The notes beneath the pieces are model-generated. The model was given only the letters and a program-made list of their open reading frames with translations. It had not been told where the DNA came from and searched no databases. The translations under genes were made by a program, and so were the position numbers. Below, in pieces: positions 47,331 to 56,482 of a DNA stretch of 64,000 nt (positions are counted from its first letter, which is position 1; every line of letters begins with the position of its first letter). The stretch is from Eubacteriales bacterium (GTDB lineage Bacteria > Bacillota > Clostridia > Oscillospirales > CAG-272): positions 20,679 through 84,678 of the forward strand of contig JAZNZB010000090.1 in assembly GCA_045594705.1 (NCBI GenBank), given 5' to 3'.

Positions 47331-50300
47331 ATGAAACGATTGTTGATTTTCATGCTTGTCCCACTCTTATTGCTTCCATGCTTTTATGCATGCAAGGACA
47401 CCCCTGCTCCCGATGAACAAACCACGGAATCCGGGCAAGACGAGCCAACACCCGGGCCGGAAGACTTGGTGCTTGTCAAGGACGGCGCATCCTCTTACGT
47501 GATCGTCAGACCTGCCGATCTGACTGCAAATGATCCCGCCTTCCTGGCAGCGGTGCTTTTCAGAGACGCCGTTGAAAAGCTCACAGGCGTCGCTCTGCAG
47601 ATTGTTACGGACAACGAATCTGATTACGCTACTTCCGAGCATGAAATCATCATCGGAAACGCGCGAAATTCTACGTATACCGAGAACACTGTGTTCGCTT
47701 CGGACGGCAAGCTTTACATTGGCGGAGAAGCGCAACTATTGTCCGATATGGTTGCGGCATTCTTCCATACGTGCTTTGATGTTGACATCCATGCACAGGA
47801 GGTATCACAAATGAACGAGCTGAAGATTCCCGCTGATCTTTCCATGGATCAGGCTGGTAATATTACGACTAATCAGGTGCGACAGGACACCACCGCCTGG
47901 GGTGACACTATCACTTATGCGGATGATGTTGCCAATCTTATCAACTTCCGTTATCTTGATCAAAGACGTGATACTGCAGAAATCACGAACGGTGACGTGC
48001 GTTTGGTTTACAACCTGGATAAAAAAGACAACAAACAAGTCTCCGGGCTTTACAATCATAACGGAATTGCCTACCTGACAGACACGATGGATGCATTCGT
48101 CATCACCGAACGCGGTGACAAACTGTATTCTTCGCACTCGGGCAACAGCGCACGCGGCAATATCTACAGATTCGGTTATTACTATTACGATATTCATTTT
48201 CTGGATCAAGGCTTTTTGCCTTCCGTTTATGAATTTGATGAGAGCGCAGGCAGCTACGATCTGCTCGCCAAGGCGCGCAAGCCCTCCTCCCACGACATTA
48301 AATCTGTCGCTTTGAATGACGGTGTACTGACCGCAATCGTACAAAGCACATACGATCCCTATTTCCATTGGAACGTGAAGTATAACGCGGAGGATTACAA
48401 CGCAATTCAAATCACCATGCGCACCGAGTATGCGTCCAACGTTACGCTCTATCTCAGAGCAGGCTCTTATGGCGGCTTTAACGGTGATCAGAATGTTTCC
48501 TTCTCGGTAGAGCCCGGCGATGAATACTGTACCGTAATCGTTCCTCTTGTTTCTATTCCTGATTATACGGGTAAGGTGGAAGAAATCCGTGTTGACTGTG
48601 GCGATAAGGTCGGCGAGAAGATCGAGATCACGGAAATGAAAGCGGTTAAGATCAAAACAACTGCAGCGACCGCCATGAAACTTGACCGCAACCTGCATGT
48701 TTACGGTGACAAAATTCATCAGCAAATCCGCGTGGTGGCAGATGGTGACGCTCACGGCTTGAAAGGATTTGGCATGGTGACCCGTATTGAGCAAAGCCGT
48801 GTTGCTTCTCTCGTCATCGCGGACCAGAACGGTAAGCACACCACCGTTGACGGCATTGATGCGGCTTCGGTGCAATACGTTGGCTTTGACGTGACCGATG
48901 CAGGCATATTCGGCTATATATTCCCTGCCGAGAACGAATACGCAGGCGAGGTTACTGTAACGCTTGAGGACGGCCACTACGTGATCACACAGACCTATAC
49001 CCCCGCTTCCACAACTCTGAATAGCCATGATAGCTACTCGATCGGTCACCGCATCTACACCGACAAGGGACACTCGTTCGACGAGCTGGAGAGACAGGCT
49101 TATATTGAACGCACCCCGTTGACCGACATCAAGATCGTCAACAAGAGCGATAACGCAAAATACGTTGGTTACAACAGTCTTATCGGCTGTTACACATACA
49201 CGCTGGATGGTACAGACTTCAATAAGCCTTATTATCAAGAACCTCAAAAGCATTATATTGTTGATACGCAGATCGTCGGAGACGATTATGACCGTGAGAT
49301 TTATATCTTTGCGCACACCAACAATACGGGATGCCTTGAATGCGGCGTGGTACTTGACGAAGCTGACAGACTGCTGCCCATCAACGTAGAGGTCTGCAAG
49401 AACTTCAAGGGCGAATATGAAGAGCCTGTGTTCGATCCCGAGGACATGCATTACGGCTACTCGATCTTCCCTATCAAGCTTGAAAAGAATGAGACCAAGC
49501 AATTCAAATCGGTCAATCTCTATCAGAATTGGGGGCAATTCCCGCTCAAGCAGCTGTCCTCTATTCAGTTTATCGCTCCTTACTATCATCTTTCCTGCGG
49601 TGTGACTGAATCCAACTGCATCGCCCCCTATTACGTTTACGGAAAGGACTACTGGACACTTCCGGACTTCCGCGCCATGTCCGCTCCTCTGTGGCCCGGA
49701 CAGCCTCAGCACACCAGCGCGGGCAGATTGTACTGGCTGCAATACACCGATGCACAAGGAAACTTCTATGGCTCCGAATCACAAACCGCAAATATTTCGA
49801 CTTCCGGCCCTGTTTACGTGGATATCGACATGGGTTATCTTTCCGATGACGGTAAGATCCAAGTCGATTACAGACAGGTGGAGATGGCGCAGTCCGACGA
49901 AACCAGAACCTACTACACGCTGGATCTGACTGTGCTTGAGGATCTTGAGATCAAGGATTTTGTCAACAATTTCTCGTTCTTCTCCATGGACGGACGCGCG
50001 ATCGTTTATAAGAAGCTTGGCTACCTTGACCAAAACAATCAGCCGCAAACGGTTGACCTGAAGCTCAGCGAGCATACCGATTACTACAAACTCGGTAAAG
50101 ATGGTGCGTATTTTGATTACTACATCGACTCTGATCCTTCCCATAAGGGCACGGATTCTGTCAACATGGCTGTCGTGATCAAGGATTACAGCATGATTCT
50201 TGGCGGTAAGCCTTATGACGGCAATCTCATTTTGAAGGAACAGTTTGACGGAACGGTCAACCTTGCAACCCTGACCGTGGATGCAGGTGATATCACGCTT

Positions 50301-50726
50301 CGTGCAGGCGATACCGTGCATATCGATATGATCCTGCTGCCTTGGGGATCTCCCGAAAGCAAGGACGACTCCAACGTGCTTGGCGTCAGAGAGGATTCGG
50401 TTCTCTCTCCGATCAAGGTTGAATCCTCTGTCGGCAGTGTCATTGAGGATACTTACCTTCCCACGGTGATTGCCGATCAGAACGTTGCCGAATTCACCGT
50501 AAGTGGTGGTGGCTCTGCCGTTTATGCTGTTCGTGTTTACGGCTTTGACAGCTATACTCAGCCCACCATCCAGGTTATGGAGAACGGAGCTTGGGTAGAT
50601 TACAACTATCAGCATCACAGTTACGACGGCTACATGGCCTTCCGTGAGGATGACGGTACGTATTCGTACGCGTTTTCCTTCCAAATGGACGACGGAGAAG
50701 CTCGTACGTTCCGCGTAACACAATAA
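47331..50726 (+). CDS. Large secreted lipoprotein (1131 aa), unknown function, possibly glycan-active
   Basis: Signal peptide with lipobox CFYAC, RBS ggaggtattgtaATG, and its own promoter and terminator. No catalytic family recognised. Confidence 0.75.
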   Translation: MKRLLIFMLVPLLLLPCFYACKDTPAPDEQTTESGQDEPTPGPEDLVLVKDGASSYVIVRPADLTANDPAFLAAVLFRDAVEKLTGVALQIVTDNESDYATSEHEIIIGNARNSTYTENTVFASDGKLYIGGEAQLLSDMVAAFFHTCFDVDIHAQEVSQMNELKIPADLSMDQAGNITTNQVRQDTTAWGDTITYADDVANLINFRYLDQRRDTAEITNGDVRLVYNLDKKDNKQVSGLYNHNGIAYLTDTMDAFVITERGDKLYSSHSGNSARGNIYRFGYYYYDIHFLDQGFLPSVYEFDESAGSYDLLAKARKPSSHDIKSVALNDGVLTAIVQSTYDPYFHWNVKYNAEDYNAIQITMRTEYASNVTLYLRAGSYGGFNGDQNVSFSVEPGDEYCTVIVPLVSIPDYTGKVEEIRVDCGDKVGEKIEITEMKAVKIKTTAATAMKLDRNLHVYGDKIHQQIRVVADGDAHGLKGFGMVTRIEQSRVASLVIADQNGKHTTVDGIDAASVQYVGFDVTDAGIFGYIFPAENEYAGEVTVTLEDGHYVITQTYTPASTTLNSHDSYSIGHRIYTDKGHSFDELERQAYIERTPLTDIKIVNKSDNAKYVGYNSLIGCYTYTLDGTDFNKPYYQEPQKHYIVDTQIVGDDYDREIYIFAHTNNTGCLECGVVLDEADRLLPINVEVCKNFKGEYEEPVFDPEDMHYGYSIFPIKLEKNETKQFKSVNLYQNWGQFPLKQLSSIQFIAPYYHLSCGVTESNCIAPYYVYGKDYWTLPDFRAMSAPLWPGQPQHTSAGRLYWLQYTDAQGNFYGSESQTANISTSGPVYVDIDMGYLSDDGKIQVDYRQVEMAQSDETRTYYTLDLTVLEDLEIKDFVNNFSFFSMDGRAIVYKKLGYLDQNNQPQTVDLKLSEHTDYYKLGKDGAYFDYYIDSDPSHKGTDSVNMAVVIKDYSMILGGKPYDGNLILKEQFDGTVNLATLTVDAGDITLRAGDTVHIDMILLPWGSPESKDDSNVLGVREDSVLSPIKVESSVGSVIEDTYLPTVIADQNVAEFTVSGGGSAVYAVRVYGFDSYTQPTIQVMENGAWVDYNYQHHSYDGYMAFREDDGTYSYAFSFQMDDGEARTFRVTQ

Positions 50727-50735
50727 CCAATCATG

Positions 50736-50766
50736 AAAAAGGCGAGCGCCACAGCGCCCGCCTTTT
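50736..50766. terminator. Hairpin between the convergent lipoprotein gene and mntP
   Basis: aaaaa-ggcgagcgc-caca-gcgcccgcc-tttt, with one mismatch in the stem. Confidence 0.7.
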
Positions 50767-50769
50767 ATG

Positions 50770-51402
50770 TTATGCAAATAAGCCCAAAACCCAATTCCAT
50801 GCAGCATCAATCACACCGTATTGATCCAATACGTTTTTAAGTCCAAGCAGGCATAGAATGATACCTCCTGCCAGCTGTGCTTTTTTCTCATATTTGTCGC
50901 CAAATACATTGCCTATCTTGACGCCAAGTGCGGAAAGCGCAAACGTAATTACACCGATCAAAGTCACACTGATCAATACCTCCGGAATGCCCATATCGGG
51001 CTGTAATCCGTATCCGACGCCGACTACCATCGCATCAATGCTGGTGGCAACTGCCATGGGAAACATGACGCGGGCTGTCAGTGAAGCATCCTTGTCACAG
51101 CACGCACATCCCTCTTCCTTCTTTTCAATCGCTTCCTTGATCATCCCGCCGCCAATCAATGCTAAGAGAATAAACGCGATCCAGCCGGTGAACATTTCCA
51201 AGTATTGACCAAAGAACTTATTCAGAATTCCTGCCAACAAGAATCCGAGCGCAGGCATCAATGCCTGAAAGGCACCGAACCAACCGCCAACGATTGCTGC
51301 CTTTTTCAAAGTTGCCTTTTGCATGGATAAGCCTTTGCAAATGGCTACGGCAAAGGCGTCCATGGAAAGCGCAACCGCTAAAACTATTAACTCAATAATC
51401 AT
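50770..51402 (-). CDS. mntP: Manganese efflux pump MntP
   Basis: 210-aa polytopic protein with duplicated SMDAFAVAI / SIDAMVVGV motifs. Confidence 0.85.
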   Translation of the reverse strand: MIIELIVLAVALSMDAFAVAICKGLSMQKATLKKAAIVGGWFGAFQALMPALGFLLAGILNKFFGQYLEMFTGWIAFILLALIGGGMIKEAIEKKEEGCACCDKDASLTARVMFPMAVATSIDAMVVGVGYGLQPDMGIPEVLISVTLIGVITFALSALGVKIGNVFGDKYEKKAQLAGGIILCLLGLKNVLDQYGVIDAAWNWVLGLFA

Positions 51403-52283
51403 TTTGTTACTCCGTTACTGATGTGCAATTTTTGTCCGTTGATCAATTCAACCGTCGTATCATAATATTTCTCTTGAAAATAGATTTCCCGGCAAATTTG
51501 TTCAGCTGTATACTGATAATCGTCCGCAGCAACCACAAGCTTGTCTTCGCTGTCATCTTTTCTGTGTACGATCGCGATCACTTTACCGGAAAATGAGGTA
51601 AGTGGTTTGTCTGTACCAAGATAATATACGTCCAGCTCCTCACCGTCACCGCCCAATACACCGGGGATAAAACCATAGTTAATGGGATACAGTAATTCCT
51701 TTTGACCCTTGCAGTGCAGATATCCGGCAGGTCTGTCTACCTGTGCGCACACATACTGTCCGAGAAACGACCAGACCATCGCTTTGCGCAACGTATAGGT
51801 AATAAATTCTGCCTTTTTCAGCGTGTACTGTTCCCTGTCATTCGGATACCTCTTTGCGAGAGTGTTTTTCAGATCTTGATATGTATGTTTGACTTGCGGA
51901 AACGCTTTTAGGTAATCTCTGAAATTCAGATAGTTCCGCCATTCCATACTCATGTGCTGAACAACGTGTATGTGCGCACGTCTGATTTCTCCGTCAGCAT
52001 CTATGAAAAGCATGTGTATTTGACTGTCATGCGCAGGCCTGTACAAATACCCTGATTGCTCCAAACCTCTTATGATGGATTCATGAAAATTTCGAACGCC
52101 GACGACGATATCAATAATGGGTTTCGCACACAGTCCGGGAACAGACGTACTTCCCACGTGCGCAATATCAATTGCCATCCCGCCAAGAGCATTTTTGATT
52201 TTCATGACGTGCTCATCTGCCAGCACAAACCAACGGGGATCATGCTCCACAAGCTTTACTTTTCCACGCTCAAGCCCAATCAT
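51399..52283 (-). CDS. GrpB-domain protein fused to an inorganic-pyrophosphatase-like C-terminal domain
   Basis: N-terminal VEHDPRW ... HVGSTSVPGLCAKPIIDI is GrpB-like. C-terminal YPINYGFIPGVLGGDGEELDV ... DDSEDKLVVAA resembles the family I PPase core YPxNYG ... DGDPxDV ... DxKhhAV. Its stop overlaps the mntP start as ATGA. Confidence 0.55.
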   Translation of the reverse strand: MIGLERGKVKLVEHDPRWFVLADEHVMKIKNALGGMAIDIAHVGSTSVPGLCAKPIIDIVVGVRNFHESIIRGLEQSGYLYRPAHDSQIHMLFIDADGEIRRAHIHVVQHMSMEWRNYLNFRDYLKAFPQVKHTYQDLKNTLAKRYPNDREQYTLKKAEFITYTLRKAMVWSFLGQYVCAQVDRPAGYLHCKGQKELLYPINYGFIPGVLGGDGEELDVYYLGTDKPLTSFSGKVIAIVHRKDDSEDKLVVAADDYQYTAEQICREIYFQEKYYDTTVELINGQKLHISNGVTK

Positions 52284-52391
52284 ATTGTCCTCCTTGCAAA
52301 GATACCTGCATATTCTATCACAAAACAGGCAGAAACTGTCCTTGGTTTACAAATTGTTTACATTAATATTTAATTTTTCTTCGCACTTTAC

Positions 52392-52420
52392 TTGACTAAA
52401 GTGCTCGCTTGTAGTATAAT
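52392..52420 (+). promoter_or_regulatory. SigA-type promoter of the his operon
   Basis: TTGACT (52392-52397), 17 nt, TATAAT (52415-52420), 30 nt upstream of the hisZ ATG. Confidence 0.7.
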
Positions 52421-52450
52421 CATACTATCCTTTTACTATGGAGGAATCTG

Positions 52451-53524
52451 ATGGACAAAATCTCTTATGTCATGACGCCTGCTGAGCAGACCGTCAGCAA
52501 ATGCGCAGGCCTGTATACAAACTATGGATACCGTAGATTTCTGATGAATAAATTCGAGGACTATTCCCTTTATGCCGATAATAAAAGCTTTTTGGTAGAT
52601 GATCGTCTCCTGACCTTTACGGACGGTGGCAAGCTTAAGGCTCTCAAGCCTGACATTACGCTTTCGATCGTCAAAAACCTTGCCAGAGATCAGCACCTGC
52701 CATTAAAGGTTTTTTACAACGAAACGGTTTACCGTGTCAAAAAGGGTGATCGCGAATTCAGTGAGCTGCATCAGATGGGGCTTGAATTGATTGGAGACGA
52801 TAGCTTGTATGCCATTACCGAAGTTGTCTCATTGGCAAAGGCTACATTGGACGCTGTCAGCCCAAACAACATTCTTGATATTTCCCATATGGGAATTCTC
52901 TCTTCGTTAATTGATCATGCCTGCGAGTGCGGAGCGCAACGAGACGAGCTGACTGCAATGATCTCGCAAAAAAATGCTGACGGAATTCAATCCATGCTTT
53001 CCGCTCTTGATTGCGAGAATCCTCTGGCTATACTGGTAGACTCTTATTTACCGATCTCTCAAATGATTCCTGCACTCAAAGCTACTCTCCCGGATTCTCA
53101 AGCGGTTGAAGAGCTTGCGCAGATCGCCGAGGTATTGCAAAGCCTGGGGCTTGATCATAACGTTTACCTGGATTTTTCGCTGATGCATGATATCGGTTAC
53201 TACAACGGTATCATTTTCAAGGGATATATCAAAGACGTACCTGTCGCGGTGCTTTCCGGCGGACGCTACGACCCGCTGCTTGAACGCTTTGGGCTCTCGG
53301 CTGCAGCTATCGGCTTTGCGCTTTACCTGGATTATATCAGATACAGCGACTCGGCCCCCGATTTTGACGTTCTTTTGTTATACTCAGATAAGGATTCTGC
53401 ACTTTCGATCACACAGGCTATGCAAAAAATCACTGCGCAAGGAAAGCATGTAATGGCCGCTTCTCAGATACCTGCAAACCGCAAGTTTTCCAAAATACTG
53501 CATGTCACGGAGGTGCTAAAATGA
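52451..53524 (+). CDS. hisZ: ATP phosphoribosyltransferase regulatory subunit
   Basis: 357-aa HisRS-like paralog directly upstream of a short-form hisG. Confidence 0.85.
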   Translation: MDKISYVMTPAEQTVSKCAGLYTNYGYRRFLMNKFEDYSLYADNKSFLVDDRLLTFTDGGKLKALKPDITLSIVKNLARDQHLPLKVFYNETVYRVKKGDREFSELHQMGLELIGDDSLYAITEVVSLAKATLDAVSPNNILDISHMGILSSLIDHACECGAQRDELTAMISQKNADGIQSMLSALDCENPLAILVDSYLPISQMIPALKATLPDSQAVEELAQIAEVLQSLGLDHNVYLDFSLMHDIGYYNGIIFKGYIKDVPVAVLSGGRYDPLLERFGLSAAAIGFALYLDYIRYSDSAPDFDVLLLYSDKDSALSITQAMQKITAQGKHVMAASQIPANRKFSKILHVTEVLK

Positions 53525-54138
53525 TAAAGATTGCACTCCCCAAAGGCCGACTTGGAGATAAGGTTTTGGCTATGTTTGAAAATGCCGGTTATCCCTGTCC
53601 CGAGATTCATACACCTTCAAGAAAACTCGTGTTTTCTACAGACAAGGTTTCTTACTTTTTTGTCAAGCCCTCTGATGTTCCCATTTACGTAGAACGCGGG
53701 GTGGCGGATATTGGTGTTGCGGGCAGCGATATTCTGGTGGAATACGAGCCTGACGTTTATTCGCTTTTGGACCTTGGAATCGGCAAATGCAGACTTTGCA
53801 TGGCTGCAAAAGAAGATTTCGAGGACGACCCGGCAAATCCGCTTCGTGTAGCAACCAAATTCAAAAATACCGCTGCCAGATATTATGCATCATGCGGCAG
53901 AACCATTGATATCATCAAACTCAACGGTTCTATTGAGCTTGCTCCCATTCTCGGACTTTCCGACGTCATCGTGGATATCGTGGAAACCGGAACCACACTC
54001 AAGGAAAACGGACTGGTGGTCAAGCAAGAGATCTTGCCGATCAGCGCCAGATTGATCGCAAATAAATCCGCTTATAAATTTAACAGTACCGAAATTACTG
54101 AGCTTCAGCAAAAGCTGCAAGCTCAAAGAGAGGGATAA
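53521..54138 (+). CDS. hisG: ATP phosphoribosyltransferase (short form)
   Basis: 205 aa. MIKIALPKGRL ... typical HisG-S, overlapping the hisZ stop. Confidence 0.92.
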   Translation: MIKIALPKGRLGDKVLAMFENAGYPCPEIHTPSRKLVFSTDKVSYFFVKPSDVPIYVERGVADIGVAGSDILVEYEPDVYSLLDLGIGKCRLCMAAKEDFEDDPANPLRVATKFKNTAARYYASCGRTIDIIKLNGSIELAPILGLSDVIVDIVETGTTLKENGLVVKQEILPISARLIANKSAYKFNSTEITELQQKLQAQREG

Positions 54139-54141
54139 ACC

Positions 54142-55416
54142 ATGATTCGCATTTTTGATTTTAATTCCGTTTCTGATGAAGAGATCTTCGGACGTACGCA
54201 AAATGCATTCAACGTAGAAGACATCGTTTCTGAAATCATTTCTACAGTAAGAGCCGAAAAAGACGCTGCTCTCCTGGCATATACTGAAAAGTTTGATAAG
54301 GTCAAGCTTGCTTCCCTGCAGGTTTCCGAGCAAGAGATAGCCGACGCATTTGCAAATGCTGACCCCGAGTTCATTCGCGTTATGCGTGACGCGGCTGCCA
54401 ACATTGAGGCTTATCATAAAAATCAGGTCAGACAGGGCTTTGAGATCAAAAAGGACGGTGGCATCATTCTCGGACAGAAAATCACCCCTCTTGCAAAGGT
54501 TGGTATTTACGTTCCGGGAGGTACTGCTGCATATCCTTCTACCGTGCTGATGAACAGCATTCCCGCAAAGCTTGCAGGCGTTGGTGAGATCGTTATGGTC
54601 ACGCCTCCTGCAAAGGACGGCCTGGTCAATCCCGCTATCCTCTGTGCAGCAAAAATCGCAGGCGTGGACAAAATCTTCAAGATCGGCGGCGCACAAGCGG
54701 TTGCAGCACTTGCATACGGCACCGAGTCGGTTCCTTGCGTGGATAAGATCGTAGGCCCCGGCAACGCATTCGTTGCTGAAGCAAAGAGACAAGTTTACGG
54801 CAAGGTTGCCATCGATATGATCGCAGGCCCTTCCGAAATTCTTGTACTTGCAGACGGCAAATCCAACCCTGCATTTGTTGCTGCCGACCTGCTCTCGCAG
54901 GCCGAGCATGATAAAATGGCAAGTGCGGTTCTGGTCACGGACAGTGCTGAGCTTGCACAGGCTGTTCAAGCAGAAGTTGAGGCGCAACTGGCTGTTTTGC
55001 CCCGCTACGAGATCGCCCGTCCTTCCATTGACAATTTCGGGAAGATCATCGTTTGCTCTGATTTGTGGCAAGCGATCGAGGTTGCCAATCGCATTGCTCC
55101 TGAGCACCTTGAGATTTGTGTGGACGATCCTTTTACCTATCTTGAAAAGATTGAGAATGCAGGATCTGTCTTCCTCGGTCGTTATTGCCCCGAGGCGCTT
55201 GGTGACTATTATGCGGGCACTAACCACACGCTCCCCACAAGCGGTACGGCAAGATTCTCCAGCCCATTGTCGGTAGACGATTTCATCAAGAAGATCGCGT
55301 ACACCTACTACGATCAGAACGCTATACAGAAAGCAGCACCCGATATTGCGCTCTTTGCCCGCAAGGAAGGCTTGGAGGCGCACGCAAGAAGTGCTGAGGT
55401 CAGGATCAAAAAATGA
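54142..55416 (+). CDS. hisD: Histidinol dehydrogenase
   Basis: 424 aa. Segments such as IAGPSEILVLAD, LLSQAEHD and APEHLEI are typical HisD. Confidence 0.93.
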   Translation: MIRIFDFNSVSDEEIFGRTQNAFNVEDIVSEIISTVRAEKDAALLAYTEKFDKVKLASLQVSEQEIADAFANADPEFIRVMRDAAANIEAYHKNQVRQGFEIKKDGGIILGQKITPLAKVGIYVPGGTAAYPSTVLMNSIPAKLAGVGEIVMVTPPAKDGLVNPAILCAAKIAGVDKIFKIGGAQAVAALAYGTESVPCVDKIVGPGNAFVAEAKRQVYGKVAIDMIAGPSEILVLADGKSNPAFVAADLLSQAEHDKMASAVLVTDSAELAQAVQAEVEAQLAVLPRYEIARPSIDNFGKIIVCSDLWQAIEVANRIAPEHLEICVDDPFTYLEKIENAGSVFLGRYCPEALGDYYAGTNHTLPTSGTARFSSPLSVDDFIKKIAYTYYDQNAIQKAAPDIALFARKEGLEAHARSAEVRIKK

Positions 55417-56468
55417 GCAAGTATTTTTCCCGCAAGCCGGGTGAGCTACAGGCATACGTTCCGGGTGAACAACCGAGAAATATGCAGTCACTGATTAAGC
55501 TCAACACAAATGAATCCCCTTTTCCACCTGCTGAAAACGTAACGGAAGCTGTTTTGAAAGCAACGAATAAGGCGAATCTTTATTGCGATCCTTCCATGCT
55601 GGCCGTCAGGCAGCAGCTTGCAAGCGTGTACGGGTTGACACCCGATCACTTTACTCTCGGAAACGGTTCAGATGAGCTGTTATCTTTTGCATTTCTGGCT
55701 TTTTGCAATGCACAAACGGGGGCTGCATTTGCAGATATTACTTACGGCTTTTACAGCGTGCTTTCCCGCCTTTATGCGACGGATACAAAAATAGTCCCTT
55801 TAGATGAAAAGTACTGCATCAACCCTATTGATTATGCAGGCTTAGGCAGAACTGTTTTTATCGCCAACCCCAATGCTCCCACGGGCATTGCTTTGACTCT
55901 TGATCAAATTGAACAGGTTTTGATCTCAAATCCGGATAATGTCGTGGTCATCGACCAGGCATACGTGGATTTTGGTGCAGACTGTGCGATTCCTTTGGTG
56001 GAAAGATATGAGAACCTTTTGGTTATTAACACCTTTTCCAAATCCCGCAGCTTTGCAGGTGGACGTGTCGGTTTTGCCGTTGCACAGCCTTCACTGATTG
56101 CTGATCTTGAAACAATCCGAAACTCGATCAACCCCTATAACGTTAATGCGCTTTCTCAGGTCGCTGCATGTGCGATTCTGGAAAATAATGACTATTACAT
56201 GCAAAACTGCAGAATTATCGCGCAAAACCGCGAATACCTGACTGAGCAACTGTCCTTGCTCGGCTTTGAGACTCTTCCCTCCAAAACCAACTTTGTCTTT
56301 ACCAAGCATCCGGCAATTTCCGGAGAACAGCTCTATCTTGGGCTTAAAGAAAAAGCAATCCTCGTCCGTTATTTCAATGCTCCGAGAATCAGCGATTTTT
56401 GCCGCATCACCATTGGCACCAAGGAGCAAATGGACGCATTACTAAGTGCTATCAAATCCTTGATCTGA
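55413..56468 (+). CDS. hisC: Histidinol-phosphate aminotransferase
   Basis: 351 aa. LNTNESPFPP and the PLP-lysine context TFSKSRSFAG support the call. Confidence 0.9.
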   Translation: MSKYFSRKPGELQAYVPGEQPRNMQSLIKLNTNESPFPPAENVTEAVLKATNKANLYCDPSMLAVRQQLASVYGLTPDHFTLGNGSDELLSFAFLAFCNAQTGAAFADITYGFYSVLSRLYATDTKIVPLDEKYCINPIDYAGLGRTVFIANPNAPTGIALTLDQIEQVLISNPDNVVVIDQAYVDFGADCAIPLVERYENLLVINTFSKSRSFAGGRVGFAVAQPSLIADLETIRNSINPYNVNALSQVAACAILENNDYYMQNCRIIAQNREYLTEQLSLLGFETLPSKTNFVFTKHPAISGEQLYLGLKEKAILVRYFNAPRISDFCRITIGTKEQMDALLSAIKSLI

Positions 56469-56482
56469 AAGGAAACATAAAC

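Noticed and set aside
47805-49757. A 650-aa ORF, followed by a 343-aa ORF at 49779..50810, antisense to the 1131-aa lipoprotein gene.
   Set aside because: They have no RBS, promoter or recognisable motifs. The translations are low-complexity and rich in V, I, R and L. The sense ORF has a lipobox, RBS, promoter and terminator. Long stop-free antisense frames are a known by-product of codon bias.
52284-52391. A search for a yybP-ykoY Mn riboswitch upstream of the GrpB-fusion/mntP operon.
   Set aside because: The likely promoter (TGa-TAGAAT near 52312-52320 on the minus strand) leaves a leader of about 25 nt. No conserved riboswitch-like helices or sequence were visible.
52421-52450. A T-box or leader-peptide attenuator for the his operon.
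   Set aside because: Only 30 nt separate the -10 box from the hisZ ATG, which is far too short for either mechanism.
53890-55491. A 533-aa ORF antisense to hisG, hisD and hisC.
   Set aside because: It spans three well-supported his genes on the opposite strand and has no start signals or family resemblance.
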